A stretch of DNA of 64,000 nucleotides, taken from Octopus bimaculoides (taxonomy: Eukaryota). Shown here in pieces: positions 11,770 to 24,460 of this stretch. The DNA is taken from assembly GCF_001194135.2 (NCBI RefSeq), contig NC_068994.1, positions 35,442,520 to 35,506,519 of the forward strand. Reading direction: 5' to 3'. The notes under the pieces were generated by a model, which was not told the origin of the DNA, did no database searches, and was given only the letters and a program-made list of their open reading frames with translations. Made by a program: the position numbers and the translations under genes. Each line of letters starts with the position of its first letter. Position 1 is the first letter of the stretch.

Positions 11770-14150
11770 TGCACTCACACACATATACATGACAGGCTTC
11801 CTCAGCTTCTGTTTACCAAATTAACTCGTAAGGCATTATTAGTTGGCCTGGTGCCATAGTAGAAGTCTTTTGCCTAAGGTACTGCACACTAGGACTGAAC
11901 TTGAAACCATGCCATTGCAAAACTATGCTTCTTCACATCACAGCTATGACTGATCTTATTTTCATGAAATAAACACTTTAACCCACCAACCACGCTTGTG
12001 CTCATATTTAAAATGTGTACACTCTAAAACATTGTCTTGCTGTCTTCTACACACTTTTGAATAGTTCTGAGGATTTACAAATAAATAGAAACATCAGTAA
12101 ACAATGGTGATGATCCAGTCTTTAGCCTAGTTTATGAACGTACTAATTTATTTATTAATCCGGATTTTAGAGAATTACCTACATACATTCATGTGTTTTA
12201 GTTTTAAGACATAGGTACAGTTAAGTTTATTTATATGATTTTACAGGGAACCTGATTTTTAACAATGTCAGTTTTTTTTTATTTTTTATTTTTTACTTTT
12301 TATTTAAAACCTGTGGTGTGTCACTCCTGGGTGACATGTATCATAAGTTCAACATTACTTCCTTAGAGCAAAAAAAAAAAAAAATGTTACTTCCTTAGGC
12401 CCTTACCTCCATAAAAAAAATGACACGATACTAATATACAATAGCAGCATACTTATATACATGCATATGTACAAGGTCACATATAAAAACAGATATATAT
12501 GGACAGACATAGATAAACAAATAGATAGATAGATAGATAGATAGACAGGCAGACAGGTGGAGAGAGAGAAAGAGGGAGAGAGAAAGACAGATAAATCAAT
12601 TAATATAAAGATAGAGATGGATGGATGGATGGCGAGACAGATAAACAGATAGATAAATAGATATAAAGATGTAAATAGATAGATAGACAGTGAAACAGAT
12701 ACAGTTTGGTAGACAGATATATAAATAGCTAGAAAGATAGACAGAGAGACTGACAGGATTGGTTGTATCTCACTAGTGTAAAATGCAATTAAGTGAAAGA
12801 AAGTGCCCAATACTGTTTTTAGAGTAGAATAATATTTATTCAAAGCTGAGATTGTATGAGCCACTACATATAGTTTCTTGTTTGCAATCCTGAAGCATTC
12901 TGACACTTGTTAATTAAATCTGTTTAGGTCATGCTGAAGGCAACTTGGTGGGAATTACTGGCTCCATACTTGGACATATGTAAACAAGGGTAATATATTT
13001 ATAAAAATTATACTATAAAAATGTATAATAATTTATCTATAATGATTCATAAAAATTAATCTATAAAAATTTATAATAATCTCTAACAATTTATTACAAT
13101 TAATCTATAAAGATTTATTGCAATTAACCAATAAAAATCTATAACAATTTACAAAAACTTAAACATTTATTGGCACAGGTATTGCTGTGTAGTTAATGAG
13201 CTTGCTTTCTAATCACTTGGTTTTGGGTTCAGTTTCACTGTGTAGCACTTCAGGCATCTTCTACTAAATCTATAGGCCAACCAATGCCTAATGAGTGAAT
13301 TTGATCAGTGGAAACTGTAGAAGCCCATAATATATATATATATATTTGTGTGTGTATGTCTCTTTGTGTCTGTGTTTGAACCCTACTCAACCAGAGTTGG
13401 TTTGTTTATATCCACATATCTGTGCAGCATTAGACACAAAATATTGATGGAGTACTTACCAGACTTAAAAATAAGTACTGGGGTCAATTTGCTTTATAAA
13501 ACCATTCAAGATAGTATTCCAGAATGGCCACAGTCCAATGACTGAAACAAGTAGTATATAAAAAATTTAATATCTCTCCAGTCATCATTTACTAGGCTGT
13601 TATTGACCGTGTTGATGCCTAGGTTCACCACAGACTTTAACTGAACTTTCCTTAGAAATTTTCCGTCAGTCATTGTGCAAGTACTTTTCTGTAAAAGGTC
13701 GTTTTATTCACTGCAGTTGCTTTATAGAAATTTTTATAATTTGTTGTAAATGTTGATAGATTAATTTTTATAACTTTTCATATTTGTTTACATATTATTA
13801 CATGTCCATATAAGGAAGTGAGCTGGAGAAATTATTAGCATACCAGTCAAAACGCTTAGTGGCATTTTGTCTGTTTACATTTTGAGTTCAAACTCCACCA
13901 AGGTCAATTTTGCTTTTCATCCTTTCGGGGTCAATGAAATAAATACCAGTTGAGCACCGGGGTCAATGTAATTAACTATCCTCCACCCCAATAGTATTCT
14001 GGTATAATGTCTATTGTTGCAAAGGAGTACATCTCCATATATGGAACAAGCAATTGCTGCCAATTTGTTTTCAGTGTGACTAGGACCATTTGAATTGATG
14101 TGTATATAAAAAAGTTTCATTTACTATAGACTCAGTTGGGCACATGTATA

Positions 14151-14640
14151 CAGTGGTGGGCAAAAGTAGACGTACAGTGTTGCATATGAGTGGAATGTTC
14201 TTTTCATTACTGTGCTTCTTTTTTTTTTTTTCTAGGATAAGAATTCTAAGATTCTACATTCGTTTTAACTAATTCTTTCTATAGTAAAGTAACTATTCCT
14301 AAGTTATTATATGGCTGGAAATTTGACCAACGATGAATGAAAGTGGATTAGCAAGAAGTACAAGAAAACATAGATTACAGAAATGGACTGAAGAATTTCA
14401 AAGACTAGCTCCATCAAAATTAACAATCTAAGAATATATGCCAAATTTGAGCAGACTATGTCCATCTGCAATGCACAGGAAAATCGTCAACCAGTCAGTT
14501 TTACTAATGAGAAAATGAAATGCTTGTGGCTCAAGCATTCACTCAAAGTCCCAAGAAGTATAAAAAAAAAAAGAAGAGTGCTTTCAATGAACTAGACATC
14601 TTCCACAGATCCTTTAGATGACTTATGAATCACTTAGGTA
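14151..14640 (+). mobile_element. 5' part of a Tc1/mariner element with DUF4817-like HTH N-terminus (pseudogenised)
   Basis: TA|CAGTGGTGGGCAAAAGTAG terminus; ATG at 14311: MAGNLTNDE*KWISKKY...SKLTI...KFEQT...MLVAQAFTQSPKK, with frameshifts and stops. Confidence 0.7.
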
Positions 14641-15856
14641 AAAAATAAATAGAGAAATGAAAAGAATATTCCACTCATATTAAGCAGCTGTATACCTACT
14701 TTTGCCCATTCCTATATATGTATGTCTTTACATATGTATGACTCTGTGTAGATAGATGGATAGGCAAAGAGATAAATAGATAGATAGGTAGAGAAAATCT
14801 CGATTGATGGCTGGGTGCATAGGTAGCCACACACACACACACACTTATACGTATGTAACATGCTGACAAACAGACACATTTTTATCTGTCTGTTAACAAT
14901 GATATACAAAACCACATAAGCCAGGATACACAATTAGGCAATGGTTATTGACAGAAAATACAGACAAAAATATGACAGGTTAAACATTTGTACAAAAAAC
15001 ATCTGAGACATTTAAAGTTAGACAATGAAAACTATGATGTTTTTAATCTAAGATGTCATCCATAATATTTCTGATTAGATATTATAATAAATGATATAAA
15101 ATACATTAAAATCTAGTAATTTAGAGTGATATGAAATATAGAATTTATTATTATTACTATTATTATTATTATTATTATTAGGAAAGATGAAAAACGGTGT
15201 AAATTCAAAAATGACAAAAAAAATAAAGAACAAATAGGAAAGTTTCAGAGTGAGTATTTATCTTAATTTGTCATCCAGCTTCACCTTATGATCATATCTA
15301 TTAAAGTACACTCTCAACATGAAGAACATCTTAGTTCTTCCATAATTTTTTTTTATGTATACATATATATTTTTGGTGTGGGATGAAGAAGTTTGGGAAG
15401 TTACTTGAATTTTTTTTGCAATGGAATTAACATTCATCCTATCCAGTGTCTGTATGTAAGGGAGAAGGTGTGTTTCCCATGAAACCAGAGATAAGCGCCA
15501 TTCATGTGGATTTTTATGGTTTAGAAAAAAGATCAGCTAGCTTTATATATAAATAAATAGAGACACATTGAACTAAGAGTTAAGACGTAAAATTTATTCT
15601 TGTTCAGTAATTCAATAATTTTTTTTCTTTTACTTTTATGTGTTGTTGGTGATAGTGGAGATAGGTATTGTAGCCAAAAGAAGAAATCATCATCATCATC
15701 ATTATTATTTAAAATCATTATAAAACTAAATACAGTAATTTATTAATAATTGTAATGATGATGACAATGATAATGATGACAGTGGTGGTGGTGGTCGTCA
15801 TTGTCATCATAATGATGATGGAATAGTAATAGATTAACTTTTTATCATCATCATCA

Positions 15857-15900
<44 letters not shown>

Positions 15901-15901
15901 T

Positions 15902-16116
15902 AGGTGGTAAGCTGGCAGAACCATTAACGTGCTAGAGGAAATGCTTGGTGATATTTCGCCTATCACTACATTCTGAGTTCAAATTTTGCCAAAGACAACT
16001 TTGCCTTTTATCCTTTCAGGGTCAATAAAAATAAGTACCAGTTGAAAACTGGGGTTGATGTAATTGACTCATCCCCTCCCCTGAATTTGCTGCCCTTGTG
16101 GCAAAAATTTGAAACC
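15902..16116 (+). mobile_element. SINE family B (core ggtcgactttgcctttcatcc...aagtaccag, Deu/Nin-domain-like)
   Basis: ctggcagaa head, gagttcaaat B-box-like motif, conserved core, AAT/TTA tail. Plus copies at about 13815-13990, 16360-16520, 22600-22700, 28700-28915, 35025-35230, 40735-40865 and 58838-59040. Domain name from recall. Confidence 0.8.
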
Positions 16117-16149
16117 ATCATTATTATTATTTTTATTACTGTCTGTCTG

Positions 16150-16330
16150 GCTCTCGTGCCGGTGGCACATAAAAGCAGCCACTACACTCTCGGAGCAGTT
16201 GGCATTATGAAGGGCATCTAGCTGTAGAAACTCTGCCAGATCAGATTGGAGCCTGGTGCAGCCATCTGGTTCACCAGTCCTCAGTCAAATCGTCCAACCC
16301 ATGCTAGCATGGAAGGCAGACATTAAACGC
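16150..16330 (+). mobile_element. SINE family C 3' part (ttggc..aggaagggcatc core, Meta-domain-like, ends aaacgatgatgat)
   Basis: Same sequence at about 8080-8215, 9840-10005, 11120-11280, 19130-19240, 27370-27560, 59757-59962, 60740-60850, and on the minus strand at 48843-48945. Domain name from recall. Confidence 0.75.
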
Positions 16331-17309
16331 TGATTATTATTATTATCATTTTTAAGGCTGTGGGCTGGCAGAATCATTAGCATGCTACCAGCTTTTCATC
16401 CACTGCTGGGGGTCAACTTTGCCTGTCATTCTTTTGGGATCAATAAAATAAGTACCAGTCAAATTGAATCAATGTAATTAACTAGCCTCTTCTTCAAAGA
16501 TTTCAGGCCTGTATTAGAAAGGATTATCATTATTATCTACTGTCACTTTTTTTAACCTTTGTATGCTATGCATATATCCCTTCTTTTTCAAGGTATACCG
16601 TGTATACTTAATTCTTTTCTTTTTTACCCTTTTTTTTTACCATTTCATTATATGCAAACCCCTACACTTTGTCTTTGTATTGTCCCCCTCATCCTTCACC
16701 CTTGTGGAAAACAAATGAAATCATTATTATTATTATTATTATTATTATCATTATTATTATTAGTAGTAGTAGTCATTGTTAATAATAATAATAATACTGA
16801 TGATGATGACAATGAGGAAATTAATAAGAGTCAGTGTAATAAAATAGACTACAATAATACCATAATGCTAAGCTTTGTTACTATCAAACTACTGGATTCT
16901 GGTTTGAAATAATATTCCCTCCATTAGGTCTTCTTGATAAGATAAAATGTTTTGCTGAGATGAAAATACAAACATAAAGAAGAAAAAAAAAATCTTGTAT
17001 TCCTTAGATCTTTCAAACATAAGTATTTCACTCTAAAAATATCATACTGTGTGCTGCAATTATTTTAGACTTCCAACATGTTTAGCTGACCTTCACTAAC
17101 CAGGTTTGACTCAACCAGCAAATAATCTACGGGGGAGCTTCTAATTCTGTTTCTCAAATAAAAATGTAGCCTATAGGGATAGAGAATTCCCCTTTTTACT
17201 TCAACCAATTTTAATAGTGCCTTGTTTGTACATAGTTCAAAGATTCCATCAGAGCAAAACCATTTGAATGCATTGCATGCCACAGATAGGTTGTAATCTT
17301 TGAACTTAC

Positions 17310-17460
17310 CAGCTAGTGTTTCATAAAGCCCGTTGTTTCCACCTTCACTGTTAATGCTAGGACCACAGTCATCTGAACGAGATGATATTGTTGAAGATTC
17401 ATTCAGATGTTTTTCTTTTTTACCTGCACCAGATGTCACAGCAGTGTCTTGAAAGCACAT
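17310..17460 (-). CDS. Pcdh: Protocadherin second coding exon (151 nt; cytoplasmic MCFQDTAVTSGAG...SEGGNNGLYETLA)
   Basis: Acceptor tttttttcatag directly precedes 17460; donor CTG|gtaagt at 17310/17309. Phase 0 entry matches the upstream donor and phase 1 exit matches the next exon. Ser-rich SSTISSRSDDCGPSINSEG plus YETL resembles protocadherin tail motifs (recall). Confidence 0.85.
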
Positions 17461-19262
17461 CTATGAAAAAAAATATACAAGATAACGACAATAATCAAAT
17501 GTAGAGAATTAATTAATTTTTTCTCTCTCTTCTAGACACAATGTAGATTTGTGAGGGGAAGTTGGAAAAATCCAATCTACTATTGAATTTTAATGGAATT
17601 TGTCACTGCTTGACTAATAACAAGGTTCTTTACTCTATTAATTTTTTTGAAGCATGATAAAGCTGATTGAGTCAACCAAGTATTGTAAGATGTCCTTAGT
17701 TGAATTTTCAAATATTTTATTACGAGACCCTGTTCACTTTATATCATTCTAGACACAAACTTAAGACTTGCCTGTAGTTTTCACAAGCCATGCACAATAT
17801 CAATAAATAAATTGAGAAACTTTGCGATTAAATGTACATAGCAAAATCATTTCAGGCCTTGCCCTAAAATAACTTTGATGTTGTAACCCCAAGAGCAAGG
17901 CAAGAAATAATTTCATATATAGATATTGTTAATTGGTTCATCTGCTCTGTGGAGTGTTTCATAGCTTGGTGATTAATATTAGCAATGAGCACAAAGGTCA
18001 GTGAGTTCACAGGAAGAATAGATTACTTATGAAATGCCCAACAGCATTTAAACACATTCAGATACATCTTTCCAAGTTCAAAATTTTGCCAGGTTCAACC
18101 TTTGTCTTTCATCCCTCTGGCATTAATAAAATAAATATCAAGTACATTCTGTGACTAGAATTGATTGACTATATCTCTTTTAACTTTATGACAATGTAAG
18201 AAATCTATATTGAAGCAGAGTACAGAGAGCTGTTAGTTGGAAGATATCACAGAACATATGAATAGATATGATAAAGTATTAAATTAAATCTATCATTTTG
18301 AGTTCAAATTCCACTGAGAGTTGACTTTGTATTACATCAGTTCAGACATTGACATATGAAAAGCCAGCAAAATACTGAGGTTAATTTTATCAATTACAAT
18401 AACCTTTTTCTGCATAAAAATATTGATTTGTTTGCCCAAGGGAGAAATTAATATGGTATGGTGAGTAAATTAATCTATTGGTGTTTACATTGCATATGGA
18501 CGCAGGCCTGGTTGAACTTTTAAATGACATAATGTGATGTTTGTATATATTGAAATATATAGATTTAATTGTATTTGTAGCATACACCCGATATGTAGGC
18601 ATACCTTCCTCTAATAAATAGATTTGACTCACACAGACACACAGAGACTCACACATACCTCAAAGACCTAAATTCAGTTATAAAAAATATTTATGCTAAA
18701 CATTATCAGTTACATTTGGACATCTTTTTATAAAATAAATACCATATGTTACAATGAGAACACTTTATTAATAAATCCTCCTCATCATCGTCATCATCAT
18801 CCTCATTTTCATCATCATTGTCATCTTCGTCATCATGGTCACTGTCTTCAATATCACTGATAACTATGATGTCAGCAGCAGCAATGGCATCATCAGCATC
18901 CTCGTCATCATCATCATCACTACTTTATAAGTGAATTTTGTAGACAGACACAATATAAAGTCCATCATATGTGTGTGTGTATGTGTGTCCTTGTATGTGT
19001 GTCTGTATATGTGCCTGTATGTATAAATGCATGATTGTGTTTGCACATATTGTTAATAGTTTACTTGGTGCTGCTGAAATTTCTAGTTGGTACTATGACT
19101 TCTTCCACTACACTTTTAAAAAATACTCTACCTGATAAAGCAGGTAAGGTTTGATCACAGGAGAAGCATCTTGGTTGTAAAAATCCTGCCTCAAAACTCC
19201 TCTCCAATTCATGACAGCATGGAAAAATAGATGCTAAATGAATGACCAAATAAATATTGTCT

Positions 19263-19308
<46 letters not shown>

Positions 19309-19569
19309 CTCTCTATATATATATACTAAAAGGTCTAGTCTATTTTGTGTTGGTATGGTGGGCTGTGTGCCTCAGTGGTCCTGAGAGTTATGTCAGTGGA
19401 GCACAAGCTCCTCCTTGTATAGTATCACATGTTGACCCCATTCTTAGATATTTGTCATATATATATATATATATATATATATTAAGGAATAAAAAAATTA
19501 TTTTAACTTTACAGGCAAAAATCGGTATATTATTACACCGGGTTTCATAATATATAATATATATGTATA

Positions 19570-21621
19570 TTACTAATTTAGAGACGAACCACCACTCTAC
19601 AACTCAGTCAACTCAGAACCCATCCAAATCCATGCTGTGAGGCATATACCATCTTAATATACCTAAGATTTAAATCTAAAAATTTTAATTAAATAATATA
19701 TTACATAAATAAATCATAGAAATATTAATTTTAAAAAATTTAAAAGTTAAAATTATAAATTGGACAGTAAAAATTACCATGATAATATACAGTATTGAAG
19801 TATAGATTTAAAAGTTAGTGCTAGTATATAGACTACGCGCGTTTCATTGCTGGAATAGGACTATATAAAATCATAAGCATATTCTATCAGAGTTCATTAG
19901 AACGGGGAAATACTAAAATAATAACGAAAATATCGAAAAAGAAAAACCTACCTAAAATAAAAAGTTTATTGAAGATTAATAAAATACTAAAATACTTAAA
20001 ACTCACAGATTTACACAGAATAATAACTATACCAAATACGAAAGTTATGTATTACTTAAAAAATGTTATGAAACAGTGTAAAAGACTGCTCATGTTATCG
20101 ATGAATACTTAAGGTAAAGGTAGTTATATGTTCCAATTTGTATAATATTGTGATGATTAAAGTGTATTCTAAAGCTAATTTGTTGTATCTTACGCTACTG
20201 ATCATAACTATAAGTTGGTAACTAATCCTAGGTTTAAATAAATAAGTTAGTTATCTAAACTTATTATATAAGTAATTTAATTTATGTCTGCATTTAATAT
20301 TACGTTCATCGTGGGAGTTATTTTTTATTAGATAATAATATCTCTTTGAATTCGTTAGTACATAATAAGCAGAATTTATTCCCTATCCTATATGATTTAA
20401 CCTTGCAAACTATTTCCCATTTTAACTCGTATCCTATTCTTTTTTATTTAAGTTTCCAAATGGATTTACTAAGGCCCATAGAGTTCATTAAATTTCTATT
20501 CTTAAAAGAATTCATATGTTGCGCCACCCGGGATTTAATTTTATTGCAAGTCGATCCAATGTAGGTAGTATTTTGTGTTATCATTTTCACTACAGTCATG
20601 ATCCTTCAACATCACTATTTTAGTAATTATAATACGTATTTAGCTCTGGTAATGGACACCATGTTTATCACCTGACTTTTCAGTATTAATGTTCATAGCA
20701 TTATTTACGTAATGTAGAATTTTCGTATGTATATAGTTATTACTCTGCGTTAATTTGCAAGTTTAAGTATTTTTCTAATTTTAATCCTCAAGAATCTTTT
20801 TATTTTAGGTAGATTTTATTTTTCGATATTTTCGTTATTATTTTAGAAATTATAATACGCATGTACTTCTGGGTAATAGACGTCATATTTATCACGTGAC
20901 CTTTTAGTATAAATTCTATAACAGCCATTTTGATTCAGTCCACAGTTACTCACCGGCAGGTAAGTCATGTTTTCTTATTTTAATTTTAATTTTATAAACA
21001 GTATTGACATCCATCTTTTAGTAACTTCATACACTAACACGTTTTTTTACTATTATCTACTTATTCCATAATGTTTTAACCTTGTTTACTATAATACTCT
21101 TTTTCAATATTTTTAGATTGTAACTCTTAATAATTATATTAATAACCGTTAATGTAGGGATCAGTTTACAGATTTTGTCTCTTTGTATATATATATTTAT
21201 TTCTCATGTTTATGTTTATTCCTTGAATGATTTTAGGTATTTTCTTAGAGATTTGAGCTGAAGAGTGACTGATTTTGGGAGTAAAATCATTTCCCCGTTC
21301 TAATGAACTCTGATAGAATTTGCTTATGATTTTATATAGTCCTATTTCAGCAATGAAATGCACGGAGTCTATATACTAGCACTAACGGTTTACATCTATA
21401 CTTCTATAGTGTATATTATCGTGGTAATTTTTACTGTCCAATTTATAATTTTAACTTTTAAATTTTTTAAAATTAATATTTCTATGATTTATTTATGTAA
21501 TATATTATTTAATTAAAATTTTTAGATTTAAATCTTAGGTATATTAAGATGGTATATGCCTCACAACATGGATTTGGACGGGTTCTGAGTTGTAGAGTGG
21601 TGGTTCATCTCTAAATTAGTA

Positions 21622-21622
<1 letters not shown>
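19570..21622. mobile_element. About 2.05-kb foldback-type element with about 340-bp terminal inverted repeats, in TA microsatellite
   Basis: 19570-19911 is the reverse complement of 21289-21622; a second arm pair at about 19913-20072 / 20690-20848; no ORF with recognisable homology. Confidence 0.8.
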
Positions 21623-21662
<40 letters not shown>

Positions 21663-21688
21663 TATATATATATATATATATATATAAG

Positions 21689-21723
<35 letters not shown>

Positions 21724-22701
21724 TATTTGTTTTTAGGTTTAATTATAATAAAAACAATTTTGCATTTAATCTGAGGGGTGACTCTATACTTTTGATGAGT
21801 ACTAAATTAATTATTCTTAAACAAAAGAATATTTTTGACAGTGATGTCGAAGTTGTTTCAGCCTATTGAGCATGTGTGTGTGATGCCTTGATCTTGTATA
21901 AAAGCCTGTCTCAGATGCATTTCTGATCAACCTATGCAGGCATGATAAAATGGATGTCAAATGAACAAATAAAGCTCTTAGAAAAAGATGTCAGTTGCAA
22001 CACCTGTTTTTCTCATTCTCATATGTTGAAGTCTGGAGGAATTAATCCTAGCAGTGATTGACAGAAATGATTATGAAAACTTCAGCAATTGGTTCTATTC
22101 ATTGAAATTGCATGGGATAAATAAAATATTGATTACTTGGTGAAATACCATTATGACATACTCGGATATTTTTAAAAAGTTGTCTACGAAAGCAAAATCT
22201 TTTTTTAAAATTTTATAAAAAAGATAAAAGAAAATGAATGTAAAGAAACCAACCATAATAATAAGCACCAAATTAAGTTAGCTGGTGAATAACAGAATAC
22301 ATTGAGATAGATAGTAGAGATAGGATTTAAAATAACTACAAATATTGTTGCAGTACATATTTTTATTGACAGGATTCTTTGGTTGTCCCAGAGTGGTACT
22401 CTACCAGTTTTGGGAAATTTTATTTTCAATTTTCTTGTTAATTCGTATTGTTGTGTTTTTTGCACATGTATATTTAAATCTATATGTAAATCTCCTTTGC
22501 TCTTTGTCTTTGTTTTGTCCTGAAAAATTTTTTTTTTTCATTGCTCTTGAGGCCATTAAAAAATATACCATTATAATTGAGTAAGAGAGCAGCACACACC
22601 TTTTAGGGTCAATAAAATATGTACCGGTTGAACATTGGAGTTGATGTAACTAACTTGCCCTCTCCCCTATCTTGCTGGCCTTGTGACAAAATTTGAAACT
22701 A

Positions 22702-24015
22702 TAATTATTATTATTTTCATATACACTCAAAAGATTAGACTGTTGGAGAAGAAAAGAATCCTAACATTGGGCTACAACAAGTAGCCTTAGATGCCAAGAA
22801 CCTTCCTAAGTATCCTAGCTATCCCTAATATCACTGTTTTCTGGAGTTGTACTAAACTGGGTTTTATGCTTATTTCCTCTATCCATTCATTCAGATCTTT
22901 AGGGATAGTTCCCAATGCACCTAGAACTACTGGGATACATTTTACTCGAATTTTCCACAGTCTCTATAATTCAATAGCTAGGTCCTGGTACTTTGCTATT
23001 TCTTCATCATTTGGGACTATAAAGTCAATTATCTGGCACTTTCTATTCTCTTTTTCTACGACTACCAAATCAGGCCTTCTAGCTTCTATTACTCTGTCAG
23101 TCTGACAGAGTAATAGAACTTTCCTTTCAGCAACCATAACCATCTCTCACTACTACTATTTGCTGCAACTATCTTTGAGAATCTACCATGCAACTCCTTC
23201 TCCTACCAGTCAGATAATTTCTGTTCTCTTTTCTAGATTTTAACTTTGTTGAGGGTTCCTATGTCTTGCTGTGACTTTAGCAGCTTTTAATGAACTTTCT
23301 TCACTTGTACCTACTTCGGAGTTTATATCTATTCTAGCTAACTCCATGCAGTCTTTTATTGATATTAACCCTCTTCTGCCTTCCTTTCTAGGTAGGTATA
23401 ATCTTGCTAGTCCTCCATTTATATTGAATTCCTTCCTAGTTCTTTAGTCTAGCTTTGCTAATTCAGTTTTTGTCCAATCTACAAAAGCTGCTGAGTATCT
23501 AAGTAATGATACTCCCCAAGTATTTACAGCCTTCACTAGATTTGGACCATTTAGCTTTGACTTCATTAGTTTCCTCACCCTTCTAATGTACTCCTTCTAA
23601 ATTTTTGTTTTCATTTCTGTTGTTAGTATCTTGTCAGATTCTAATACTCCTAGATACTTATAACTCTCTCCTCCTTTCAATGATTTTAATGTCTGGCCAT
23701 CTGGTAACTGAATGCCTTCATTGTTGACTACCTGTCCCCTTCTCATGACTAATATTGCACACTTATCTATGCCAAATTCCATGCCTATATCTTTGCTAAA
23801 GAGTCTTACTGTCTCTATTAAAAGATCTATCTCTTTTTCATTCTTCCTAAAAAGCTTCAGATCATTCATGTAGAGCAAATGGTTTGTTTTTCCTTACTAT
23901 TTATTAATTGATGCCCTATCTTTGCCTTCCTTAATACTAAACTGAGGGTGATCAAACATAAGACAAATATTAAAAGGGACAGCGAGTCTCCCTGGAAAAT
24001 CCCACTTTTGGCATT
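22702..24015 (-). mobile_element. 5'-truncated R4/Dong-clade non-LTR retrotransposon (RT C-terminal half plus REL endonuclease), degenerate
   Basis: GIFQGDSLS, YMNDLKLF, DIGMEFGIDKCAIL, YKYLGV; then RRPDLVV...IIDFIVP...KYQDLAIEL (restriction-like endonuclease); stop at 22787-22789; (AAT)n tail. Confidence 0.9.
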
Positions 24016-24049
24016 TATTATTATTAACATTGTTGTTATTATCATTATT

Positions 24050-24460
24050 GAGAGAGCAGTGTATGCCATCAAAGTGAGACTGTACAAATATATGAAGCCC
24101 AATATACCCATCAGGACTATCTGTCTGATAAGGGTACACCAGGCACATGCATCACAGCCATATGTGCACAACATGGTGATCTCATATTAAGATAAACAGT
24201 GCATGTCCTTGTGGGTGGGACCCAATTAGAATTATCTTTGGGTTGAGGAGCCCATCCTATTCAAAAGACACCTGAAGAAGGGTTGTTTAAGGATGATGAA
24301 TGAAACAATCATGTTTCCAGGGGTGAATTATTCAAACACCCAAAGAATCTTTCTCAATGCATGGCTATGATGCTCCGTCACTACTCCTGCTCATGATCAG
24401 AGATGCACATATTGTCAGCCACTAAGGGACATGCTCAAGTGGTTAAGGTCAAGCAAATTT
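24050..24460. mobile_element. Unclassified octopus interspersed repeat
   Basis: GC-richer block (gataagggtacaccaggcacatgcatcac...gatcagagatgcacatattgtcagccactaagggacatgctc) recalled as a common octopus repeat; single copy here. Confidence 0.45.

Noticed and set aside
13000-13790. AT-rich degenerate repeats at about 13000-13160 with a loose inverted copy at about 13715-13790
   Set aside because: Low complexity; similarity could arise by chance.
17065-17460. 131-aa ORF as a stand-alone gene
   Set aside because: Its ATG sits directly after a splice acceptor and a perfect donor occurs at codon 51; only the first 151 nt are interpreted as an exon.
19570-21622. Mitochondrial insertion (NUMT or control region) suggested by extreme AT content
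   Set aside because: No mitochondrial gene, tRNA or rRNA motif recognised; long TIRs fit a mobile element better.
22791-23105. 104-aa plus-strand ORF
   Set aside because: Antisense shadow of the R4/Dong endonuclease region.
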